This document shows positions 13,332 through 27,500 of a stretch of 64,000 nt of DNA, in pieces. The DNA is taken from contig NC_043014.1 of the NCBI RefSeq assembly GCF_006345805.1, positions 36,766,001 to 36,830,000 of the forward strand, read 5' to 3'. This DNA is from Octopus sinensis. Lineage: Eukaryota. The position numbers and the translations under genes are program-made. Below the pieces are notes generated by a model. That model did not search any database, was not told where the DNA came from, and saw only the letters and a list, made by a program, of their open reading frames with translations. Each line of letters opens with the position of its first letter. The first letter of the stretch is position 1.

Positions 13332-16300
13332 ACTTCCAATCTAAAATATCAATATTTTAAAATATAAAAATAATAATTTTAAAATAATTAAAGTATGAAT
13401 GAAAAAAAATAATATATAATCCATATATAACCTATATATAATCCATATATAATCAATATATAAACAATATATAAACTAAAATAAACCTATCAACAATTAA
13501 ATATAAAATATAAAATATAAAATATAAAATATAAAACACAAAACAAAAAAATAATAATAATATAATAATAAACTATATATACAGCTACACATATACCTAA
13601 TTATATATAACCATATCTAACTACATACACTAAATCACACCCCTATATATATATCCCTATACATACACATAAAAACGTCTAGGCAACTATAAATAAATAA
13701 AATAGCTAAGTACTTCAACACAATACTTATTCATACTCCCACACACACACACATACAACCCACATTCACGCTCTAGAAAACGGACATCACTTAAAATTAT
13801 GACGGAGAAATGGAATAAATGGAATTAAAAATTATATTCACTTGGTAAAACGAACACTACTTAAAAATTATGAATGAAACAATGCGATAAAACAACAGAC
13901 ATCGCAATAGACACAAATTACTACGAATTCCTTAACAAGCCTACCATGATAAACCAAAACTCATAAAAACATATAATGATAAAATCTCCCTTTACTAAAC
14001 TCTATAACATACCAATATAGCAATCCCCCTAACCTAAACATTCACACACAAATACACACACGTAAACCACACACCCACGACATATACAAATACCCACACC
14101 ACTTACACATACCTATACATACATATAAACCTCAACATATACTCCAAAAACCACTCAACCCCACACAGACAAATAAACACAAAAATTATGAATGGATTCT
14201 TTTATAAAACTACCATGATAAGCTAAAACTCACAAAACATAAATGATAAAACCTCCCTTTACTAAACACTATAACATACTTATATAGCAATCCCTTTAAC
14301 CTATACATTCACACACAAATACACACACGTAAACCACACACCCATAAACAATACAAACACCCACCCCACTCACACACACCCACAAGTACATATAAGCCTC
14401 AACATATACACCAAACAAAATTACTTTACCAAGGAACTTAACATATGTATAAAAAGTATAACCGCTCTGGAAACGAACATCTTTTAAAATAATGAATGGA
14501 GAAATGGAATAAATGGAATTAAAAATAATATTCACGTGGCAAAACGAACACCACTCAAAAATTATGAATGAAACAATGTAATAAAACAACCATCGAAAAT
14601 AGACAAATTACCACGAATTCCCTAAAAAAAACCATGATAAACCAAAACTCTTAAAAACATATAACGATAAAATCTCCCTTTAATAAACTCTATAACAAAC
14701 CTATATAGCAATCCCCCTAACCTAAACATTCACACACAAAAACACACACGTAAACCACAGACCCACGACTTATACACATACCTATACTAACTTATAAACC
14801 TCAATATACACCAAAAACCCACTCCCTCCCCACACAGACAATTAACACATACATCCCAAAACCTAAATAACAAACCCATATACACATTCACACACACACA
14901 CACGCAAAACACACACACACAACAGATACATATACTCCCTCACATATACGCATATACATACTCACTAAACTCGATATATACAACAATATTTACACACCCA
15001 CACTCATACAGATAAATAAATTATACAACTAAAAACTCACACACAATCTCATATACATAAACACTCCAATAAAAAACATTAAATACATCGTAATTAACCA
15101 GAATATCAAAAATAACAATATGACATAAGGAGAAATAAAATACATACTTACAAGTCAGTTTCAAATTATGAAGTGAAATTAAATTCTTAGCCGTTAAAAA
15201 AACCAAACCAAAATTACGTTACCATAGAAATATAACTTATGTAAAAAAAAAAAGAATACGCGCCATGGAAAGTAAACGTCATTTAAAATTATGAATGGAG
15301 AATAGAATAAATGGAACTAAAAACTATATCCACGTGGCAAACCAACACTACTTAAACAAAATTTATTATGAATGGATTCTTTAATAAAACTACCATAATA
15401 AATTATTATATACAATTATGAGCTTTAGCTCATCTTAGCAGCTCTAACAAACAACTTGCAGTAACCCAAATCTATTCTCGATACCTGCCTTACTACTACA
15501 CTATTCCATTCCCAATTCCAAGCAACGCTAGCCCACCACCCGGTTACAATTCCCAACTCCACCCATTCATTCACAATTTCAACGACGTTCAACTCCACAG
15601 CGCTACATATAAGCCTCACATATATACACCGGAGATTCGCTTTCAATCCGTGCGGATGGGTGAGAGTATACATTGAGTGTAGTGATGGGGCTCCCATTAC
15701 TATACACATTTGTACCTGTGTGGTAGTCTCCATGTGTATATTCACGCACGGGTATAAATGCAGGGGGTACACGCGCACGGCATGTACGTGTAGCCCCTCA
15801 CATGTACATATGCATGCTAGTTGGGCTCGATATGTGCAACAATGTAATCGCGCCGCATACATGCATATGGGCGAGTTGCACAATCAAAATACGCACACGT
15901 GTGTGTGTGCGTTCCCTGGTTGTGCAATTCACCCATCTGGGTGTGAGTGGGTGTAAGCGTATTGCTGTGGATGTCGAGCTTGATACGTATGTATATGAGT
16001 GTGTATGGGGGGTTGTACGTATTTATTGTGTGCATGTGCTTCACGCACGTGCGTCCATGTATGGATGAATATATTGGGATTGCTATGTGGGTGTAAATTG
16101 GGTATAGAGGGGGAGTTTTGTCATTGTATGGGTGTAGGTTTCATTTGTGATGGTGGTTTGTTGGTGATTTTTAATATGTTCTGTATATTTGGGTTAGTTA
16201 TCTATTATTCTAGTGTGTATAATTGTATACATATGATTGGTGTGAGTGGGATTACGCCCATTTTTGGGATGTATGTGTTTATTTGTCCGTATAGGGGGCG

Positions 16301-16789
16301 GGATGGCCGTTTGGTGTATATATTGAGGCTCACATGCAATTCCAGGTACGCGCGAATGAAGTGGGCACTTATATTTGTTATGGGTGTGTATACTTTATTA
16401 TAACAGACAATACCCAAATAAAATCTGTCAATTCAACATACCAAATAAAAAACAAAAAACAAAGGGATCGTAAACATTCACACATACATACAAAACTCAA
16501 TAAAAACACCACTAAATAACACCCATCAACATATAAATATATCCTCCAAAATACATATAACAAATGCATAATAAAAATACATAATAAAATAAAATAAAAA
16601 TAAAAAAATATTTAAATAAAGAAAATAAAAAAATCTAATATAAATTTTTAAAGTTTTAACATACCATAAACTGTTATATTAATATACATTAAAAATGAAC
16701 TAATTAAAACAAAGAAATATCAATAAAGACTAACTATAATTAAAGCCTAGACTACATAACCAAAAATATATTATCTAAACTAATTTAAA

Positions 16790-19330
16790 CTAAACTAAAG
16801 TAACCTAATAGGGAACTATTATTGCTATTTATCATGAACTTATTATATAGGTAAAGTAACTTATGTCTGCATTTTATTTTGCGCTCTTCACCAGTATTAA
16901 GTAAATTATCATACTTATAAAATAAAATTTCTTTAAACTCATTAGAGCATAAATAACAACAATTAGCTCCTATAGTATATGATTTAGTTTTACAAATTAT
17001 TTCCCAAATAAACTATAATTAATATTTAGTGATTTAAGACTCCAAATGTACTTACTAAGTCCGGTTGAGTTGATTAAGTTTTTATTTTTAAAAGAATTCA
17101 TATGTTGTGCGATTCTTAGTTTTATTTTTGAGGAAGTAGAACCTATATAAACCGCTTTTGGGTAATTATTATTCTTAAAGTTATTATCATGTAATGTAAC
17201 TATACATTTATACACTACATCGTTAATATCACAATTATTATTTAATATACAATTAGATTTATCTCTACATGTACAATTAATATAAGTCTTATCATTATTA
17301 ATATTATTATCAAATAATTCTTTTTATAAAAATTATTCAGTTATATTTATTAAATGAAAATAATGTTACCAACATTATTAGTGGTAGAATAACCACTCCA
17401 AAATTATTAAAAGAGAAAATGTTTCTATATTTACGATTATCTCTAATAAATAGTTCTATAACATCTAAAATCTCTTTAATAATATTCGTTTTTACTTGAT
17501 CTCCATAAGGAACTATTAACCATATTTTATTCTTAATAACCTTATTATTATTATCATTTATAAATATATTTATAATTCTTTATTTTATTAAAATTATTAT
17601 CAAATTATATCTATGTACAGCATTTAAGGAATTATTAATATTATTAATTTTATCAATATAATTATTATAATAATTATTAAATTTATTTTTATTTTTATTA
17701 TTCTTATTTATATTATTATTATTATTATATTTATTATTATTATTATTATTATTTATTTTTTATCATTTTTATTATTTTTTTATAATATCTATTATTTTTA
17801 CCACTAAACCTAACAAAATTATAATTATTATTAGAAGTATCTCGAAAAATATCAATTAAATCTTTATCACTAATATTATAAATTTAATATTCCTATTATA
17901 ACCTGCCCCTCTAAGGGCCTCATATAATAATTAGCATGTTTATAACATGTGTATTAAAAATCATCATAGAGAGTAATGAAATACGTTTACTTATATTATT
18001 AATCAACGATTTTTTAATAGAAAATGGGTGATTACTATTAACATTTATATATCTAAGGTTCTCATTAAGTTTATGATATGGTTGTGTTTTACCTGTAATA
18101 AGATTAAAATTAACATCTAAATAATTAACATTATAATTCTCCTTATATATAGTAATACTTAAACCATATCTTTTAAAGAAACTATATAGTTTTTTCTTAT
18201 ATACTTCTAGATTCCTATTAGTACAATTCTTTGTAACTAGTAGAAGATCGTCTCTATATAAACCACCCTCTATCTTAAGATTTTCTAATTGGAGTTCAGA
18301 TAAAAGAAAATACCTACTAAATCAGTAGCCTGTGCAGAATCTGGTGCTCCCATAGGTATATCAAAACATCTCTAGTATCATTCCTAGCCCATAATTTATT
18401 TTTATATTTAATTAGCGATTTCCTAGCCATTTTAATTACATTAACTTCTTCCTGTGACATACCCACTTATTCATTGCGAAAATAAGCGCTTTATTAAACA
18501 CAATTTCATTAATAGAAGAATAATAATATCTATATCTATTTGAATAAATTTATAACGATTTTTATCTTTAATATTATTAAACCATTTCAATGTATTATTA
18601 TTACTAAACCATAATTTTAAATAATTAAGTTTATTTAACTTATCAATATATTTATCTAAAATAAATTTACTTAATTTACCTAGGTCCGATTTACATGGGC
18701 AAATTAATCTAACTTTAGGGTCTGAATAAAAATTATCTTTATGGTCTTTAAGAGTAATTCTGGGGTGCAAAGGTACATAAGGTTCAGTTTTATTATCCAA
18801 CTCATATTTTAACATTACTACTTTAGAGGCCTTATTAATATTATAAAGAATATCATCTGGAACAATTTTATATTTTTTAATTATTTCTTTTCCTAATAGT
18901 CTATCATATAATTTAACATCTAATTTATATAGGTTCCTTGTTTTATCAGATTGTACTATAATACCATCCATATTTCTCATATCTTTAATTTTAATGCTAA
19001 ATTCCTAAATATTCATTATTTCTATTTGGGTATTTATGGAATTCAATATTTTTTACCACCTTCCATATACTATCTTCAAGTAATTGTAATTCTTTATTAA
19101 ATGGAGGTTCCTTTCTAGATTTAAATTTAGAGGTAAAATTATCATTCCTACTATCAATATCATTAAATAAATAAAATTATAGTAAAAAGCTTTCCATTTA
19201 ATTCTAGAAATAAAATCTTTAACATTATTAACAAGTTTCAAGATAAATTCCTTTCTAGAAGGAATAGGAATATCTTTCAAAGATGAATCCCAAAACAGCG
19301 GTTCTATCTTACCTGTAAAATCCATAATTT
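16790..19330 (-). pseudogene. Frameshifted PLE RT + GIY-YIG endonuclease
   Basis: Motifs SLKDIPIP, TLKDHKDNF...RLICP, MGAPDSAQATDLVG, YRDD, IYKC...YIGSTS, CYLC...CRHK. Confidence 0.85.
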
Positions 19331-19559
19331 ACGAAATTGAGGTATTACACTCAATATACAAAATTATCAATATTATATAAATAATAAATATTAGGGAATA
19401 AATCCAAATTTACAGGGAAAAAATCAGATTTAGGATTAAATCCAATTTTATAGTAAAATATTATAAAATATTATTAGAGACAAAACCACTATTTTGCAAA
19501 ACAAACAAGGAAAGACTTAATCAATACATAAAATTTTAATAAATAGTAAAAAAAAAACG

Positions 19560-19602
19560 CCACTACAATTGTTTCTTGTCTTGATCGACAATCTTCAGGT
19601 GG
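19560..19602 (-). ncRNA. Minimal type I hammerhead in the second pLTR
   Basis: Identical to 13289-13331. Confidence 0.85.
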
Positions 19603-20712
19603 ACTTCCAATCTAAAATATCAATATTTTAAAATATAAAAATAATAATTTTAAATAATTAAAGTATGAATGAAAAATATAAATATATAATCCATATATAA
19701 CCTTATATAAATCCATATATAATCAATATATAAACAATATATAAACTAAAATAAACCTATCAACAATTAAATATAAAATATAAAATATAAAATATAAAAT
19801 ATAAAACAAAACAAAAAAATATAATATAATAATAAACTATATATACAGCCATACACATATACCTAATTATATATAACCATATCTAACTACATACACTAAA
19901 TCACACCCCATATATATATCCCTATACATACACATAAAAACGTCTAGGCAACTATAAATAAATAAAATAGCTAAATACTTCAACACAATACTTATTCATA
20001 CTCCCACACACACACACATGCAACCCACATTCACGCTCTAGAAAACGGACATCACTTAAAATTATGAACGGAGAAATGGAATAAATGGAATTAAAAATTA
20101 TATTCACTTGGTAAAACGAACACTACTTAAAAATTATGAATGAAACAATGCGATAAAACAACAGACATCGCAAATAGACACAAATTACTACGAATTCCTT
20201 AACAAACCTACCATGATAAACCAAAACTCATAAAAACATATAATGATAAAATCTCCCTTTACTAAACTCTATAACATACCTATATAGCAATCCCCCTAAC
20301 CTAAACATTCACACACAAATACACACACGTAAACCACACACCCACGACATATACAAATACCCACACCACTTACACATACCTATACATACATATAAACCTC
20401 AACATATACTCCAAAAACCCACTCACCCCACACAGACAAATAAACACAAAAATTATGAATGGATTCTTTTATAAAACTACCATGATAAGCTAAAACTCAC
20501 AAAACATAAATGATAAAACCTCCCTTTACTAAACACTATAACATACTTATATAGCAATCCCTTAACCTATACATTCACACACAAATACACACACGTAAAC
20601 CACACACCCATAACAAATACAAACACCCACCCCACTCACACACACCCACAAGTACATATAAGCCTCAACATATACACCAAACAAAATTACTTTACCAAGG
20701 AACAACTCTCCC

Positions 20713-20746
<34 letters not shown>

Positions 20747-21030
20747 CAAGTAAAGTTCTATAACCACTTGTCAGTTTTACAATCCTATTAATGTTTATAG
20801 TGATTGCTTCTCATCCACCTTAGTCACTTTCAGCAAGGCGGACTGAAATGGGTACAGATAATTACAAGCTGTTGCAACATTCCATGTTGATTCAGCCATT
20901 CATTCTGTTATGTACCGTACGTAAAATGTTTCACGGGAAATTCTTTAATTACTAACACTTGTCAAAATCATGAAGGTCAAAACGAAGTGAGGTAGCTGCG
21001 TAACGTTGAAAATCTAAAATTTATCAATAA

Positions 21031-22182
21031 CTAGCAGCATAGCCCAGCGTTGCCCGGGTACGTAAGAGCCCCTAGTAGGCGACGACTAATCCGAATCTAG
21101 TCCTTTCCCTCTAGGGAACGAAGGTGCATGTGTAGGTTGCAATGTCTTCTCTTCATTCCCAAATAACTATCAAACAGCTATCGATAATTCAACCCAACTA
21201 ATTCCTACAAGGAAGAAATTACATTCGAGACTTTACCCCCAACACCGCCACTTCTGCTAATAGCTGCTGCAGCCGCAAGTTATTCGAATACTTTTTTTGT
21301 TTAAACTTTCTTTATAACTACCATCCCAAACGTTTTACCTTAAATTTTTGACGTACCCTAAGGGTCCTCGGACGCTACTTGCAAACTCTTGGTTTATTAT
21401 AAACCGCTTTTGTCGTGTGCACCAAAAAACCTTTTCCGTTCGTTTGTTCAGTTTGGTCACTTTTCACTTTTTCGTTGTTGTCACTCACATTGCTGCCCGC
21501 TTTTTTGCCGTTTTTGTACATTTTTATACATTTTGGGATACTTACCCCACGTTTTCCGAGAGTTAAAAAGGTCGAGTTGCGTCCCCTAGACAGTCTGTGG
21601 TCTGCGTTTAATACACAAATCGGTTTGCTATGTGTGCCACATATGATTTAATTAACCGATTTTTTCCAGTAATAAAGTATCCTATTGGAATAAAAACGGC
21701 CATATAGCTCCTTGGAGCAGACATGATGCTCGCAGTGAATTTTTGAAAAAATTCCTGCCAATTTGTGAAAGATATTGTCGAAAATATGTCATCTTGAATT
21801 TGAACGCGATTTCCCAAAATGGCATGATTTTATCGATTTTTTCTGATGGTAAGATATTGCATGGAAAACTAACGTCAGAATTAAGTTTCTTAGGGTAACA
21901 TTAAGCTTCACCATGAGTTTGGTGAAAATCGATTGCAAGTTGCGAAAACTACAACAGAAAATGTGTTGCATATAAAAAGCTTAGATTCTCGACCCCATGT
22001 TGAATTTATCGATTTTTTTTCAGAACTGGGGAACTTTTCAAAATTTTCGCTGCGATAGCTTTGAATTATGACATTGGGCTATGTGTGTGTCAAGTTTCAT
22101 GAGAATCGGTTGAAAGCCGTGGTCAGGGTGAGGGTACAACCTGACAGACACACAGACAAACTGCCGTTTATATAGAAAGAGA
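21031..22182 (-). mobile_element. Complete non-autonomous Helitron
   Basis: 5' A|TC, hairpin cccgggcaacgctggg and CTAG|T 3' end; interrupts a duplicated segment. Confidence 0.85.
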
Positions 22183-23249
22183 TCAAGTGTAACAATATTT
22201 GCAACTGCTTGTCAACTGACATTTGCTAGTGATTCCTGTAGAATCTCCAAATGAGAAATGTATGTCATTAATGTTACCAGACAGACTCGTCAGTTAAAGT
22301 TAATAATGAGTAAGCTGATGCAGCAAGCAAACATTATACAATAAAAAATGTCTAAAGTTCCTAGCAGATACTTTCCTGGATGCGTGGAGGGTAAGATAGT
22401 CAACTGTTGAGATCGAACACTTGACCTATTCCTACAATATTCAGTAAGTTTGTCAATTTCCTTTAATGTCCTACTTCAACTATAGATATGTTATGGAAAC
22501 TTTTAGTCAATACTCTATCAACATTGTACTAACTACTGAAGATTATGCCTGAGGCTCATTCCACTGAGTACCTTCTATCTCAAAGTGTAGACGTGCTTTA
22601 ATCCTGAAATTCGAAATTGTTTTACGCACCTGATCAGACATACCGCAGAGGCATAAATCGAAGTTGTACGTTATTGACAAAAGGCGATATCAAATATATT
22701 GCCCCACACGATTTCGGAACTAATACTTTATAACAAAACAACTGGTTATCTTCCAAAGTAAACTACATTAGTGACGAAATGCAGACTTTTTGCAGCAACT
22801 TATGACTTCTTAAGCTGACAAAATAGAGTATTGGTGAGACAAATAGCACAAATATTAAAATTTCATATCGACTAACTTGAAGCATATTTTATAAGACCAG
22901 AGTACTATAGAAATTGATTTGTCATATAAATAATCATGGAGTTGAATGATGAGGGAGATTGGTGTAAAAAAAAAGAGTTTACAAAACTTTTTTCATACAA
23001 AGATGCGCCCCCATCCCATCATTTCAAAGGCTGTGATATTTTTTTTTTTAAATTAGGAATATTCCTAAAAAAAATGTCCCCACAAATTTCTTTATAATCG
23101 TAATCTATGCCTTTTGAAAGGGACTTGTATAAATTTTCATTAAAACATACCCATCTTTCTGAAAGTTATGAAATAAAAAAGTTAGATCGTGTGAATTATC
23201 CAAAACTTCTCTCTCCACCCCCTCGGAAAAATTCTTTCTCATAAATCCC

Positions 23250-23475
23250 ATTTCTTTATTGCTCACAAGGGGCTAAACATAGAGAAGACAAACAAGGACA
23301 AAGGGATTAAGTCGTTTACCTCGACCCCAGTGCATAACTGGTACTTAATTTATCCACCCCGAAAGGATGAAAGGCAAAGTCGACTTCGGCGGAATTTGAA
23401 CTCAGAACGTAACGGCAGACGAAATACAGCTAAGGATTTCGCCCGGCGTGCTAACGTTTCTGCCAGCTCGCCGCC
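23250..23475 (-). mobile_element. tRNA-derived SINE (family GGCGGCGAGCTGGCAGAA)
   Basis: Full length, 15-bp TSD tttctcataaatccc, B-box GTTCAAAT. Confidence 0.9.
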
Positions 23476-23519
23476 TTTCTCATAAATCCCTATATACTCT
23501 GAGCCACAACAGTTAAGCG

Positions 23520-24600
23520 GTATTTGCAGAAACCTGTATACGATAGTGCAGCAGCTGACATGGATGCACAGGATGCAAACTCAAAGCCATGCATTTCAAT
23601 GCACAAGACCGCCTCAAGTGACAGTCCCAGGATGGCCAACACTAACACCTGCCCCAATATCGCACCCATATTCCAACTAAACATTGGAGGTCTGCTAAAA
23701 CTCAGCAACAGAGGTAAAATTCTCTATCTAAAAGAGCTTGCTATATGCAGTCGAGCAATATGCATGGCACTCACTGAAACGCATTTAACCCCAAATGTAA
23801 CAGAAGCTGTAGTACACATACCAGGGTATGCTATATTTCGTACCAACAGAAAAGGAACAAGCCACGGTGGAGTTGCTAAGTACATCAGTGAAGATGTCAC
23901 ACCTTTTGTATTACTGTGACATTCAAACTTATTCTGCGATACCTTAATAATACATACAAGGCAAGTTTATGCAGCTGTATGCACAACATATCGTCTGATG
24001 AATAGCACAAAATATGATGGTAAGTTTGAGGATAGCCTCTAACACATTGAACAAGTATTAACAAACCTAGATCAGAACATCAACATACCCCTCCTAGGTG
24101 ACTTCAACCTCCCACATGTTAAATGGTCAGAAGGCCACATCCTATCTGGGATGTCATAAACAAAAACATGTGGAGTCGTTATTTGAACTCACTAATATTC
24201 TGCTCATGAAGCAGGTGATACTCAGGCCAATCAGGGGTAACAACATATTGGACCTCTACTTCACATATAATAATGACCTTATCCATAATACGGAGGTGAC
24301 ACCAGCAGCACTGTCAGATCACTACATTGTTGAACTAACTATGTATGGTCCTGCGCGAACTGCTGACTTCTACCCTATCAGAAATACTCAAGCATTATCC
24401 AACCTGAATTTCTATAAAGCAAAATGGGAATCAATCCGCAAGGTTCACAAATGAAACTGGTCCAACATTCTATGTACGCAAGACATTGACTTGAAACTCA
24501 GCCAGTTTATGACAACAGTGAAAGTTATATGCACTAAATATACCCCAGAAATAAAGGCCAGCACAGACAAACAAGATTCCCAGAGACAGAAAAATCCTTG
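23520..24600 (+). mobile_element. LINE AP-endonuclease relic (CR1/L2-like)
   Basis: LTETHL, GYAIFR...GGVA, LLGDFNLPHVKW, NNILDLYFT. Confidence 0.85.
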
Positions 24601-25100
24601 ATTTGCTGTTGTAACGCCTTTGATCTCGTCCTTTTTCTTCAGGATGGTGCAGATCGTCAACGTGTGCCTGTTGTAATTACGTGCTATGTCCACTACACAC
24701 ATTCCTCTTTCATGTTTTTCAATGATTTCCTTCTCCAATTCTATCGTAATCAGCTTTTCTTTCTTCTCAGCACTGTCCTTTGCCCTAAACTTCTTTGGAT
24801 AACTAATGGCTAACACAGCTAATTATTATGAAATAATAGTAAAAAAAATACCCACAAAAACAAGATGTCACTGGGAAAAACACAAGAATTTTGTCACAAC
24901 GAGATAAACACGTGAACTGAGCGAGTGGCGGCTGCGCTTGTTGGGAGAGCGTGTGTGAACTCAGCACTGACTAGCGGTCGCTTGTATGAGACTCGCTCAT
25001 ACTGCAGATTTCCACTCGTACTTTAAGAGAAAAATTCATACGAGCCACGCCTCGTATAGCAAATTAATCGTGCAATGGTGCACTCGTACTGCGAGGTTGT
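24600..25100 (-). mobile_element. pogo/Tigger 5' fragment (CENP-B-type HTH)
   Basis: KKEKLITIELEKEIIEKHERG...DIARNYNR...ICTILKKK. Confidence 0.75.
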
Positions 25101-26199
25101 ATATAAATATATGATATATGGTATATATATATATATATATATTTGTTTATTTATTTATTTATATTAAGGGTATTACTATACATAAATGCCTCACGCTAGG
25201 AGGGACTATTACAGTCAAATCTACCATAATAAATACCGAACTCGAGGGAATGCAAATCTCGAAGCGAGCATTTTGAAAACAGAATTCAGCTGCATATCAT
25301 ATGATTTCATAATTAGTGTACAAAATGCACCTTTTAATCGTAAGTGCAAGCATAATTCAAGATACACAAAAAATGAACAAAAATCAACATGCCAGATGAA
25401 CAGCAAATGTATCCAGCATAGTACATAGAATTGTTCACACTTATATATCTATGTAAAAGGCGGGCTTTTCGAATTGCATCTTGCTGCTTTTGTTGTTGTT
25501 GTTGTTGTTAAACATGACGAAGTGGCAAGATCGTTACACGATGAACAAACTACTTAGCGACATTTCTTCCGGCTTTACGTTCTGACTTCAAATTCCACCG
25601 AAGTCAACTTTGCCTTATATCATTCCGGGGTCGGTAAAATAAGTACTGGTTGAATACTGGGGTGGTGTAATCGATTTATCTCCGAAATTCTGCTCTTCAT
25701 ATCTGTTCTTACTTTATTTTCAGAACTTCACTAATTAATGCTGTACTTTGTAGACGTTTGTTCTGCACTGCACTAACTACTAAAGTCGAGGGCGCGAGGC
25801 CTAGTTGCTGGGATTGCAATCACAATTACGAGATCGTGATTCCAGTTCCTGGATTAAGAGGTGTGTTGTACTCTTGAGCACAAACATTTGATCACTATTA
25901 ACAAATTATTTATGTAGATTGCTCTGCAAGAAATTGCAGAACTCGGACTACAAGAAACTACCATCTTAACTCTCAGATTAAGAACAGGTTTTCTTAGGTT
26001 TTCTCTCAAATTATTTGTCACAGCTCCAAGGCACAAGTAATAATTGACAGACATTACTTTGTGAACTTCTCTCTTACCTGCAGATGTATTTTACTTGAAG
26101 TGGATTTTTTTCTTTTCTCTTTTAATCTTTTTTGTACCTTTAGTATCAAATGAGCATGCCACGTCGATTACAATACATAATTTCTTCATATCAACAAAT

Positions 26200-27500
26200 A
26201 CAATACCCAGTTTGTTGTGTCTTTTGCTTCTTTCGCTTTAAACAGGAACGTCGCATCGAAACCTCACTTCATGTTATTTGATGATTTTCCTGTCTATTCC
26301 TACAAAATAATTGGGGATTTTTATGCAAACCTTTTCGCAAAAATTCCAGCGAATTATCGCAGTAATTTTATCATCTCTACAGTTTTTGAATTCATTCTAA
26401 ACTAATTGAATATTCAAAGGCAATGAGCTATGGTTTCTTCCCAGTAATCGCACGTTCTGCATTTGGAGGAACAGCCTTACCAATCTAACATCTCCTTGAT
26501 CCAGTTTTCCCTTAGAGCTTGTTCCTGTTCTACAAAGCCCATTCTATCAGTTTCTTTCTTCAATCCTTTTTAACCAAAGCCAGCTATGCAAGAGATCTCC
26601 CATTTATTTTGGCGAATGAAGATTCTGTCCTGCAAAGTTTTATATTCCTCTTTTCCATATATCTCTGTTTTCTTTTTGGGCACTGCAAATTCTGTAAATA
26701 GTCTCCCTGACAGAGGAAGTAAACTATGTATATCTTATTTGCCGAATACAAATCAAATATCTTTATACCATCACTGCCGCTTGGGATAGGACTTTTGAGA
26801 GCAAAGCCGGAATGAAGAAACACCTGGTCTGACGTGTCACACGCCTCCTAATATACTGGTACTACAATTTATGTGAATACGCAATACTGATGTCAAGTTG
26901 AAGGTCGTTGGCAATAGCTTTGTTGACACTTGGCTTATCATGACATTTGTGACACAGCATAGGCTACTGGTGAGTGCTGAGGAAACAAGGCATGAAATTT
27001 TGTCGTGTAGTGTCTGAAGGGTGACATTTTCTCAGGTAGTTATCTCTGATAAGCTCCGAAGACCAGAAAGCCATTGCGGAAATGTGCCCCGCTAAGAGTG
27101 AGGTGGAGAAGACCATGAAAAATTGGTGGCGCAAAGCAACCAAAGCTTCTTAGCTTGGATATACTACAGGAGGACTTTGTCTGTTCGGAATAAATTGTAG
27201 ATGTTTAACTATGCTGGGGCTGCCAGTGAATGAATATCTCTGAGATGCGTGCAGGTTTAGAAACTATCCAGTACACACACGTTTCAGTGCCGTGAATTTC
27301 GTTTATGTCGAAAAACTGTTATCATGTCCGGAGTGGAAATAGCTATCAACCAACTTTATCTATATCTATCGCCTTCCTTTCGCCTGATGGCTGGCTGTGA
27401 AGAGGAAAGTTGTGTAGCGTACATGAGTAAAATATTTGTTAACTGAAGCTTTTTCTCAAGTATCACTCGAAGAAGAAGCTGGATGTAAAAATGTAGATAG
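26200..27500 (-). mobile_element. L1/Tx1-like ORF2 C-terminal relic
   Basis: CRTCDYWEETIAH zinc-knuckle-like motif; heavily degenerate, boundaries approximate. Confidence 0.45.

Larger units (their letters stand above)
13190..20703 (-). mobile_element. Penelope-like retroelement (Naiad-like) with ~1.25 kb direct pLTRs at 13190-14437 and 19460-20703
   Basis: Degenerate RT-GIY-YIG ORF between two near-identical repeats offset ~6270 bp, each containing a hammerhead. Confidence 0.85.
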
